Below are positions 1 to 11,013 of a DNA stretch of 64,000 nt, piece after piece. Source of the DNA: Camelus ferus. Taxonomy: Eukaryota. A program made the position numbers and the translations under genes. The stretch spans positions 31,744,001-31,808,000 of the forward strand of contig NC_045705.1 of assembly GCF_009834535.1 (NCBI RefSeq), given 5' to 3'. Positions within the stretch are counted from its first letter, which is position 1. Each line of letters starts with the position of its first letter. The notes under the pieces were generated by a model that worked only from the letters and a program-made list of their open reading frames with translations, was not told where the DNA came from and did no database searches.

Positions 1-2237
1 ACTCTTTCCAAAAATGAAGTATATTAGCAAAATACAAATGTATGTAAGTCATAGATATGTTTATAGCTTCCTCTTTTGACAAGGCCCAGCCTCCCACTTC
101 ATGGACACCATATGTTTTATTGAAGAAATAATGGGCTCTGTAATGTAACAATATTTAGCAACCATATTATAGTTATGAAAACGTGATGGAGAGTGGGAAC
201 ACCAGCTTCAGGATCAGGAGACATGAGTTTTATTTCACACTATGACATCATCTTATTCCATAACCTTATATAACTTCCCCTATTTCCACAAGTAGTTCAC
301 TTACGTGAATTGGAAGGTGTTTCCAAGTTCTGTAGTTCTTCCCGAGCCGATATGTTTATCGTCATAAATATTGTTGTATTTGTTTCTACTTCAGTTAGAA
401 GTAAAATTAGAAGGTTTATGAGACCAAAGCTCTCACTTCCTGAAACTTTTCTATTTCTGGTAAACAGTTAAGAGATGTCCCTTTGGGATAAAAATGCCTT
501 TAGATTGGACTAGACAACATGAGCTCTGCTCTTGAGTGCTCTGTTATTTTTGAGAACGTGATCTGCTACCTAGCGTGATGCGTGAATCTGCCATGAGAAC
601 ACTTTGACAGGTACCTGGTTTCTGTGAAATTAGTCCCTGAACCTATCAAACAAGAAACCATACCTCAACTGGTTTCTGATCAACTGTGATAAGATTCACA
701 TAATTTCTTCTGCCCTTTCATGTTCAAGAATCTGTTTTGCTGTTAACTCCAGGGTTTTAAACCACTCTGTCCTTGGATTTGCATTCCGAAAACAGATTTT
801 CCTGGTGTGGCTCCAGGGACTCCTCTTTTGAAAAGTTGTTTTCCTAGACAATCTTCACTGATTTAGACCTAACTCATATCTCTTTCCATTTCATGGACCA
901 CTCTAGGACTTGGGGAGCTGGACTAGACAGGTGTAAGTGTTCTAAAGCCATCTCTATATCCAGCACTGTAGTTATTTAAGTAGAGACTGGGATGACCCCT
1001 CAATGGACCATTGTGAGTGGATCTCAATTTTTTTATGAGGTTGAGAATGACTTTGTCTGTCCATGCTAATTCTCTTATCTGAGTCTTTCATTCCAGAGTT
1101 GAAGATAAGTTCAAGACATTTTCATGATGACATATCAGGAAATTTCATATTCCTTATAGTTCTTTAGATGGTTTCAAGTCCTCATTTAGACTGTCTTGGG
1201 CATCTGCTATCACAGATATTATTACAGCACTTTAATATTAAAATGTCTACTCAAACCAGGTTTGACCCATGCTGCTCACAGTGATCCCATTCTCTGGAGG
1301 AATCCAGAAAATAAATCATCAGTGTGAAACTTATTTTTCTTCTTATGAATGCAGGCATATTTGAACATGGTCAGTGGGTTTGTGCTATATAGGAGTATTT
1401 ACAAACAAATTGAACTGGAGTAAATTCATTTAAAAATAATTTCAAATATTGATAGTTATTTATTTTAGTAGATAATTGTAATAGGCCTCCCAGTTGGTGG
1501 CAAGGGAAACTTGCCATGACCATAATTAAAGATTGTAAAACAATAATTTAAATGTAAGTATCCTGGCCTGGAAGTTAGTGTCCTGGTCACCTATTTTGCC
1601 TTGGCAAATGGCATTCTGATTCTTTGTCTTATATTTACTTACTATAAATTGTTGATATTAAAACTTATTCTTTTGTATTCCACAGGATATTATGAAATTA
1701 AACTTAAATGACTGAAATAAATGTATTCTGCCATCTCTGAGTATAACTGAAGACTGGAATGATTTACATGGTTATTATGTTAATCTAATTCCGGAATTGA
1801 TGCAAGATACGACCAATTTGAAAATGTATTCTAAACTTTACCTGCTATGAAATGCCGATATTATAATAGGATTTTTAATTATCACTTAATGTACACCTGA
1901 AAAGAAATATTTAAGCATTCTACTTTGCATGAATGATTGATTAAAAAATAAAATATTATAATAAACATTTTTTCAGTTAGATAGTTACCACCATAACTGA
2001 CTAACTTACACACTATTTCTTATTCAGACTCAATATTAAGCTCATTTGTTACCAAATACCTAAGTTCATAAATGGTCAACTTATTTTGTTTTCTGTTATC
2101 GTAAAGTTTTGTGTTCATGTAGACTTAATGAGGAGTTCAAAATTAAAGGGAATCCTCTAAGAGTTCTCCTCTAAAGTTCAGTTAAGTTTCATGAAATAAT
2201 TGGGTTGTTGGCAAGATCTCCTAATGGTGGTGGAATA

Positions 2238-2504
2238 CCCCTGAGGTCCAATTAGCCACAGCTAACAAACTTTACTGAACTGGTCTACAAACAGGAAATG
2301 TGGTAGCAGTTTTAAGGTTCAAAAGAAAGCCCCCATCCAAAGGTACTACTTATAAATCAGCAAAATGCTTATTGTAGCTGAGTTAGTTGCCGTTTTTCAT
2401 TTTACAACTTTATTTCTTTCTTGGTGAACTATCAGCTTCCTGGCACCCTGGCCATGGAGCTATGACAGGCAAGTTCATAGGTAAGATTTATTTTTCCCTC
2501 AGGA
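2238..2504 (+). promoter_or_regulatory. Putative OR promoter and first exon: O/E(EBF)-like site with adjacent homeodomain/CCAAT site, conserved splice donor, second O/E-like site
   Basis: CCCCTGAGG (2238-2246) next to CAATTA (2249-2254); AG|GTAAGA donor at 2481; TCCCTCAGGA just downstream. Equivalent motifs occur at matching positions in the other three duplication units. Confidence 0.55.
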
Positions 2505-4661
2505 AATCACATAATCATAGACTCTCAGATTTAAATGGATTTACAAGTTATAGAATCACCCCTCATCCTCCCCAATCTGAGATTTCAATCCCTCTTCAGC
2601 AGGCAAGACATTAAGAAAGAATGACTAAACTACAATTATGCTGACTTAGAGGTAAAAATATTTGGGGTCTTTTTTCTTATTGATATATATTTAAATTATT
2701 TAGAGGAAAAATAAAATTAGTTAGAATTAAATTAGAATAACTGTATAATTCAAATTTGCATCCAAAATTTTCCCAATTTATAGTACATCAGATTTTCCTA
2801 TTATACTGCACAATTTTTTAAAAGACCCCAGTTAAACACTCCATATGAATCAAGGAGATGCACTGTATTTTAATTATCCGTTTTTCCAATGTTAAGCATT
2901 CCATGTAGTTTGCAAATTTTTCATAGCTCTTAAAAATTTAGTTGAACATATTTGTGAATAATGTTTTTTCCTTTTAAAAAGTGTTTTCCTTTAGAGTTTA
3001 ATCCTAGAAAGTGTATTATAGAATCAAAGAGAAAAAAGAGTGTTTTTATTTCTTCATAATCATTTCTAAATAAATTTCATTAATTATGTCTAATTATTAA
3101 TTAATATACACTATACTATTTTCTGATCTACTGAGGGCATCTTCCTGAGAATAAGAGAATTCTGTGAAGCTACTGTACTTTGTTTCCACATATGTGTAAA
3201 CTTTTCAATTTGGATAATTAAAAAATAAAACTCTTAATCCATTTATCTTTGAAAGGAAAAGACATATTTTGGTAGAATATGTCTTATTATGTTTATGTTT
3301 TTTCTTTGGGAAATTTATGTCCCCAAATTTCCTCATTCTATTAGTAATGCAGTGTCCTGCAACCAGGAATGATGGATGATGGATGATGGATGCTGTGGGA
3401 AGATGGGAGAAGAAGGCATAAGAATGCGTGCAGCAGAAACAAAGGGGTGGGAAGGTCATTCACATCATGAAAGGATGAGCTCTGCTGCTTGCTAATGAAA
3501 TTTCAGGGAAGGGATTACTAAAGACACTTCACAGGGATATCTTTTATAACTTTATGTTTACACACATATATTAATATACACAGTCAGTGTCCAATAAATA
3601 TGTGTTGAATGAGTGAACTTGAAATAGGTATTTATAGTAATAGACTTTACATGTGTTTGTGTTGTGTGTATATATGTTCATGTGTATAGTACATTACTTA
3701 TCTCTCTGTCTTATCTAGAAACTGATTTCTTTTTGTTCTTATAATAAATTTTTACTTTTAGAACTTTGAAAATGAGGATTTCCTTACTTGACAGATCCTC
3801 CGTGTACTGAACACTTACACACTAGTTTTTTTTTTAAATCCAAGTCTACTGTGCTGTAAATTTATTGCATGTGCCTCTGTTAAATTGTATGTGGAACAGA
3901 ATTTTGAAGAATAAAAATGTATTAATTAACAAACACTACAGTTATCTTGATACTAAAATGACCTGATAACATACTCATTCCTAGAGGCAAATAATATTTT
4001 CATATTACCCCATAAAGTGTGCCAGAAAGATTAACACGGAATACAACTTAATATCAACATTTATTTATGCTTCTGATAAAGTAGAGAGTAATGATAAACA
4101 GAGCAGGAGGGTGAGAACACTTGAATTCCTGGTACGTTTATGGTCTGGGGAAGCAGGTGTATTCTCCCCCATGGAGAACGGCAATTCACCAAGCACTTAC
4201 TCAGCACCTAACAGGTTCCAGGCAGGGAGGACATTATGCCAGTCACTGTGGTAGGTGCAGTGAGGGAACACACCTGAACAGCTTATGGGTCCTGGCAGGT
4301 ACCAGCGAGAGCGTGTTGCCAGCGACTTACATACATTTCCCTAAACTGCCTGCTTATTAGAGATATGTATTCATAGTGTCTTTCTTTCCATATTTAGAGC
4401 TGAGGGTTCAGATTTGAATACTCGTGGAAGAAGAAATATCTCTTGTCTGTGCACAGCACCTCTTAGCTTACAAGATCCATCTGAGAATTACAATCTGTAA
4501 CCTCACAGATGCAAAAGAGTGCTTGAAATCATGGGACACAGAGCTGATGTACCAGAGTCACATGGAGTTGGAACAAGAAAGGTAATCCAGATCTCGCATA
4601 CATAGCTCAGGATTTTCTCAGTAAATTACCCATCAGATGTTGCTCTGTATATGTTTTACAG

Positions 4662-4762
4662 GTGACAGGTACTAGGTGTCTGAAGAGATGAAAACATCGT
4701 GGAGGAAGTAGAGAGATTTGAAACAAGCACTGAGGCAGGACTGTCAAGGACACACTACGTAG
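4662..4762 (+). other. Putative 5' UTR exon of the OR4C copy 1 gene containing a 7-codon uORF (4688-4711)
   Basis: TTTTACAG acceptor ending 4661, AG|GTACAG donor at 4763, then an 85-nt intron ending TTCTTGTAG at 4847, 34 nt before the ATG. The pattern is shared by all four copies. Confidence 0.55.
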
Positions 4763-4881
4763 GTACAGTGACTGCTCTGTTTTTGTACCAAGATATTCAG
4801 ACCACGATCCTTTCATGATTAATGGGAATCACTCCTTATTCTTGTAGATAATTCAGGCCCCAGGAAGGTGTTACTTGCTGA

Positions 4882-5808
4882 ATGGATCTCCTCACGCCTC
4901 CCAACAATGTGACTGAATTTGTTCTCTTGGGACTCACGCAGAATCCACACTTGCAGAAAATACTCTTCATTGTGTTTTTGTTCATTTTCCTATTTACTGT
5001 GTTGGCCAATCTGCTCATGGTCATCACCATCTCCCTCAGCCCTTCACTTTCAGCTCCCATGTACTTCTTTCTTACTTACTTGTCCTTCATAGATGCCATA
5101 TATTCATCTGTCACCACTCCTAAAATGATCATTGACCTGCTGTATGAGAGGGGAACCATCTCCTGGGGTGGCTGCATGACTCAGATCTTTGTTGAACACC
5201 TCCTGGGAGGATCAGAGATCATCATCCTTGTTGCCATGGCTTATGATCGCTATGTGGCCATCTGCAAGCCTCTGCACTACACGACCATCATGTGACAGGG
5301 GCTCTGCCAGTTCCTGGTGGTGGTGGCCTGGACTGGGGGGATCCTACATGCCACTGTGCAGATTCCTTTAATGGTCAACTTGCCATTCTGTGGTTCCAAT
5401 GTCATTGGCCACTTCATGTGTGATTTCTTCTCATTGTTGAAGCTTGCCTGCAGCGACACCTACAGGCCTGGAGTGGTGGTGGCAGCCAACAGTGGGGGCA
5501 TGTGCTTACTCATTTTTTCCATGCTACTCATCTCCTACATAGTCATCCTGAGCTTCCTGAAGTCCCACTGCTCTGAAGGACGGCGCAAGGCCCTCTCTAT
5601 CTGCGGTTCCCACTTTACAGTAGTGGTGCTCTATTTTGTCCCTTGTATTTTCACCTACACGTGTCCTGTGGCCACTTACCCTGTGGACCTGTTGATGAAC
5701 GTGTTCTTTATAATCCTCACTCCCATGTTAAATCCTATCATTTACACAGTGAGAAACACAGAGGTGAAAAATGCCATGAGGAGTTTGTTGAAGAGGAGAG
5801 TAACTTAG
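4882..5808 (+). pseudogene. Olfactory receptor, family 4 subfamily C type, with one premature stop (TGA 5293-5295)
   Basis: The ORFs 4882-5295 and 5317-5808 are in the same frame and together span 927 nt, the same as intact copies 3 and 4. Motifs [29 protein letters not shown] and PMLNPIIY are present. Paralogues have CGA (Arg) at the stop position. Confidence 0.93.
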
Positions 5809-6849
5809 GCTGTTCATGATGCCAAGAATGTGATGATTTATATACACAGGGAGAATTATATCTGTTGCAAACTTGAAGGAAAACTAAGATATTTTGCAGA
5901 TCATTGACAGAAGAAAAGGATTCATAAACTAACATTTTTGATAATTTAATATTGGCTAGGCATTTACTAGGCATTTTGGTAACTTATACTTTACTATGGC
6001 TTCAATGTTTGTGATCATAACTTCAGAATAGGCAATGGAGAGAACAACTATAGACCCTTAGTTGATTGTAAAGTATATTTTTCTTCAGATTATTACCACT
6101 ACTTTACTAAATCCTTCATATATGTTACTTGGATGAAATTGGTTTTTCATTGGACCTTGATATCAGACATTCTTCTGTGTTTGCTTAGCCTGTTGCAAAG
6201 CAAATAAGGCATAGAAATTCTTTGAATGATGGAATCACAGCTGAATTTTTTTTTCCGTGCTATTAATTTACCAAAAGCAAAAAGAAAGGCACCACTAAAT
6301 GAGGAAATATAATTCACTAACTATCCCTAATTCTTTTCTTTACAGAAACACGAGCCAGAAATTTTGAAATTACTCTTAAGTTGGACTTATTTTCTTAAAT
6401 ATCCTTGTGGCTCTCAGTTTTTCTTTAATATAAAGGATATGCTTTATTTTTACATACCAAGACTTGAGTAGCCATTTGAAACACGAGTAAACATTCTTTT
6501 TATCAAATTTAAACCAAGAAGTCTATGGTTAGTTTCCACAGCTAGTGAACTATGCATCTGAAACACATTGGTTCCAACTCTATGAAATTATGAATAAAAC
6601 TGCTACAAATATCTTCATATAGTTATTGAAAAAAGAAATAAAGAAAACAGAAATATATGAAATAATTATTTTCAAGACACTAGATGTCAGAACCAATTGA
6701 CAGTGATCACTAAGAGATGGGAAGCAAATTGGGTTCTAGGATTTTCTGGTTTATTACCTTTAAAAGTTCCCTTGTTGTGACACAGAGAAGAATACCTTAG
6801 AAGGTCCTGGTATGTTGCTTGAGTTGAGATGAAGTTGAGGTTCTGTGGA

Positions 6850-7250
6850 GACCAAGCAGCTAGAATTCTGAGGATGCAATATCATAGAGCATAGACCTAG
6901 AGACCTGTGTCAGTGGTGGGAAAGAGAGACAGCCAGACAGACACTGAGAGAGAGAATGCTGGAGAGCTAGAGAGAACACCTCTCAGCTCATCATAAAAGT
7001 ACTGATCGGTGCAAATATTTGAGAAAACTACCTGAGGCTGGGAAAGATCTGCCCAGATAGATGAGAGAGAAGGGTGCTTGTTCCTCACATTGGGTCAGGA
7101 ATAGTGCCTGTTCTTACCAGCTGGAAAACCTTGTAGTTCATGAGGGTCAATGCTTAGGAAGATTTTGCATAAATCGAGATATAATAATTAGCCCTGGACT
7201 GAGTCCTTCTCAAGACCTGTTTCAAAAACAAATTAGGAAGAATTAAAAAA
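6850..7250 (+). mobile_element. Old L1M-type 5' region fragment
   Basis: Recalled resemblance to L1M 5'-end consensus (aaaactacctgaggctgggaaaga...ggaatagtgcctgttcttaccagctggaaaacc...taattagccctggactgag). Confidence 0.55.
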
Positions 7251-7329
7251 AAAAAATCCAAAAAGAAAACATCCAAAAGGATCAAACTAAATATTATGTT
7301 CAGAATTTTGTGTCTTTGTGAATGTAAGG

Positions 7330-8710
7330 TATTAATCTATTTTCTTTGTGCTCCCCAGGTTTCATTCTGGTATAAGGGTTATGCTGGGTGCATAGAATGT
7401 GTTAGGAAGTATATTAATTCTTCCCAGGAGTGAAAAGTACTTATGTAAGACTGGTACTGCTTGTTGATTAGTTGTTACATAGTATTCATTGATTAAAGCT
7501 ACATGAGAATGAAATTTTGGTTTTGGAATGGTAGGATTCTAAAGAATTCATTTACTTGGGTATTAAATTATTCTAGCTTTTAATTGTTTTTTTTTCCTAG
7601 TGTGCTTAGAAAGTTGTATTTTTCATAGCAGTGGTCCATTTTCTTTAGTTGGCAGATATACTGTACTAAATCATGTAACATATCATTTTATTATCTTTTC
7701 AAAATATGTAGAGTCTGAAGTAACAGCTGTCTCTTCATTGTGGATTCTAATAATTTGTTTTTTGTCTTCTTTTTTCTTAATCAGTTTTGCTAGAATCTTA
7801 TCCAGTTTATTAACTCTGAAAGAATTCATTAAATACTTTCTTTATTTTGAATTTGTTTCTATTTCAATGACTTGTCTTCCATTTGCTATTTCCTTTCTGC
7901 AGTGTTCTCTGGGTTTATTTCAATTTTTTTTCCTGTGTCCAGAAGTGCTTTCTGCTGTTTATTAAGGTTAATGCTGGCGCAGCCCACCTGTGTGACTTTT
8001 TTTTTAACATTTTTTATTGATTTATAATCATTTTACAATGTTGTATCAAATTCCAGTGTAGAGCACTATTTTTCAGTTATACATGAACATATATATATCT
8101 TCATCGTCACCTTTTTTTCTCCATGAGCTACCATAAGATCTTATGTATATTCCCCTGTGCTATACAGTATCATCTTGTTTATCTATTCTACAATTTTCAA
8201 ATCTCAGTCTATCCCTTCCCACCCTCCACCCCCTGGGTTTATTTTAATTTTTTTTCTAGCTTCTTGAAACAGAAACTTAGTTCATTCTTTATAATATTTT
8301 CTGTTTCCTAATACTTGCATTTAAGTTATAAATCTCTCTAAGCACTCCTTTAACTGCATCCAGTTGACTGATAAATAAAATATGTACTATATTAAATATG
8401 GCTTTTATACATATATATTTCATACATACCTTTCATATATCTTTTACATTCATTTGTATCATTATCTTTGTATTGAAAATGTACCTTTTAAAATGTTCAC
8501 AATTAATTTAGGTTTATGTTGCTTAATTTGTAATTAATTAGAAAATGTTATGTTTTGTTGTCAATTTCTAGTTGATTACATTATTGTAAAATATCTATAT
8601 ATCTATATATCTATAAATATTTGTGCTCTATAACTTAAGTCCTTTGAAATGTATTGCAATTATGTCATGGCCTAGTGTACTGTCTACTCTGGTGAGAGCC
8701 CCATGAGGTA
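7330..8710 (-). mobile_element. Old L1 ORF2 fragment (antisense), interrupted by a younger L1 insertion
   Basis: T-rich antisense L1 ORF2-like text (ttatgctgggtgcatagaatgtgttaggaag; ttctagcttcttgaaacagaaacttag; ttataaatctctctaagcactcctttaactgcatcc). Confidence 0.7.
7909..8255 (-). mobile_element. 5'-truncated lineage-specific (camelid-type) L1 3' end with target-site duplication and a probable 65-bp 3' transduction
   Basis: L1 3'UTR at 7997-8232 (T9-aacattttttattgatttataatc...). Flanking direct repeat ctgggtttattt(c/t)aa plus T-run at 7909-7931 and 8233-8255. Extra segment 7932-7996 carries its own AATAAA on the minus strand. Confidence 0.8.
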
Positions 8711-11013
8711 TTTGAGGTGAACAGAATAGTCCCACAAATGCCTTCTTTCCCTGTTTCCACACTAACACAGATTCTATCAACTTGCCTGTCTGAAAATATG
8801 TGACAAAGTGTGTGACAAACTTGATCTGCATCTGAAACAGACTTCAAGTGACTTATTCTGAAATTAGCATTCATAATGTTTTGGAAACTAGTTCAGCTAT
8901 CATCTTCAAAGACAAAGCTTAAATTTAACAGACTTGCCTATTTTGAAGGCCATGGTTTAAACAAGAAAGTTTTTACATATTTCATTTCTGCCCATCCTGA
9001 GCTTTTCCCTTTGATGACATGACCTCAAGTTGTTTTTTAATACTTTTCCCGCAGAGGATATGGTTCTACAAGTTTTGTTTTACACTGTGATCATCCCGTA
9101 GGCATCTCCGGAGATAAAGTGTCACCATCAAAATATGATTAAGGTCCCATTGAATTTAATTAGACAAGAATCACCCACAGAGATGCACCAACTTAAAGAC
9201 TTTATAACATGTACAGCATTTCAAATGTAGATAAAGTGTCTACAGACCTTTACCCTTACCTTACAGGACAGACTTTCATGAGCTGAAATGATGGACTCAA
9301 AATATAATAAAGTTTGTATATGAAATTATTCTCCATCTCAGGAAACTCAAAGCTCAACAATCCTGGATGAAGGCAGGAGAGTATAATTGATTGAGAATCA
9401 AAATATTGGAAAGACTATTTCACTATTTCACTCTCACTCATATAAAAGACAAAAAGCAACATTTGTATATAAGCAATTCATACACATTTACAGTTTCCTC
9501 TCCAATCAAAATGTTGAATTGAAATTTGTTAGTGATTGGAACAATTCCTACAAACAATCAATATTTTGGTCTCTGTTCACAATCAAGATTTGGAGTTCTT
9601 TAGTAACAGGCCATTCATATCCACTTTGAAAATGCCAACTTTTTGAATAGGAATACTTTTCTGAATGGCTGAGATGAAATAGATTTCCTGCAAACATGGA
9701 AAGTGTTGGTCACATGGAAACAGTTCAAGGTCCAGTGATGTTGCTTGTGTCTTGTTCTCTGTGTCCTCCGAGATGGCATCAGTGAGTGAAGAGCAAGGGA
9801 GAAGACAGAAGGGTCCAGAACATGGATTGAATAGCAGTCTCCTTATGCAGGTAACCCAGGAAGGGTATTTATATGTAAAATTCTGAACTAGGCTTATAAT
9901 TTGCAAAAGTACTTTGGTGGTATGAGAATTCAGTCTTTTAAAAGTTTTCCTTTGTGATTTTCACAATCAGCCATGTTAGGAATCCTTTGTGATTATTAAA
10001 ATATATGAAGATTGATTTTATTCTGTCATGCTTTTTTGAATATTTTCATATTACAATGATCTGAAATAAATTTACTTTCTCTAACATAAAGTATTCTTAG
10101 AAACTAATTTCAGCTGTAACTAATGGGGTATATTTATTGACAGATAATTATAAATCTGATGATACTCCCAATTAATATGTTCTCTAAACATTGTTTGTTG
10201 ATCTGTTAAAAATTAAAAGATGATGTAGCATATGTAGGATTTGAGTTGCTTTCAAGAAACCAAGATAATATGGTAGAAAGCAAACCTTTAATTCCCACTT
10301 TATGTCCACAGGGGAGCTTCAGTTTACTATCATATGTTTCTTGGCCATTTAGATCTATTTTTCCTTTAATTGTATATATTCTAATTTTTAAAAATATTTT
10401 ATTTTTTGTTAATTGCTTAGAATATCTTTGTATATTTTAGATATTAACTCTGAGAATTCTCTAAAATGTAAATCTTTCTTCAAAGTACTTTTGTCTTTTT
10501 ACATTGTGGTATTTTTTCCTATATCCTTTAAATTTTTTTGCAGTTGTTAAATACATCTATTTTGGATTTCACTAATTAGTTAAGAAGAGTATTCCACCCT
10601 AGAGTAGAAACAATTACTCAATAAGTGTCAAGTAAAATAGAGTAAACCTTGCTTTAATTTTTTATTAAAAATAATCCAATATTATTTTTGTATAAAGTAT
10701 TAGCTATACATGCAATTTAACTATTTTCCAGTTGGAAAGCTAGTTGTGGCAAATCATTTATTTAATATTTGTCTCCCATGTATGTCTCTTAATTACTTGC
10801 CTCTCCATTAATCTGAAAAATCTTTGAGGTTAGGGATGGGCTTTTAATCAAACTTCTTATGATAATCTCTAAAAGTATCAGAACATTAAAAAATGCTACT
10901 GATTTGTTGAAAGAATAAATAAATTATCTTAAGACTTCAGGAATTCACTAGTAAGAATTTTATTTACAGAGAATTTTGTCCTGAACTCTGAAATAAGACA
11001 TACAGAAGACTCT

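Larger units (their letters stand above)
140..6590 (+). repeat. Segmental duplication unit copy 1 (OR4C gene with about 4.7 kb upstream and 0.8 kb downstream), inverted relative to copies 2-4
   Basis: Reverse-complement similarity by eye: 200-480 vs 38040-38330, 760-1190 vs 37330-37760, 3340-3480 vs 34690-34820/43370-43470/51670-51790, 5810-6580 vs 40200-41020. Ends approximate. Confidence 0.85.

Noticed and set aside
3205-3459. Recurring ORFs over the gatggatgat/ccatcttccc block (3205-3459, 34577-34931, 43276-43572)
   Set aside because: They occur on different strands and frames between copies and have low-complexity composition; this is duplicated non-coding DNA.
4121-4360. Similar ORFs recurring upstream of several ORs (4121-4360, 42414-42752, 50729-51025) that look like a conserved small protein family
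   Set aside because: The similarity is explained by the segmental duplication; starts, lengths and stops differ, copy 2 has no equivalent ORF, and part of the sequence looks L2-derived.
4836-5060. Antisense or alternate-frame ORFs over the OR genes (also 20902-21198, 32996-33333, 41607-41971, 50070-50327)
   Set aside because: These are shadow ORFs of OR codon structure, repeated only because the OR genes are paralogous.
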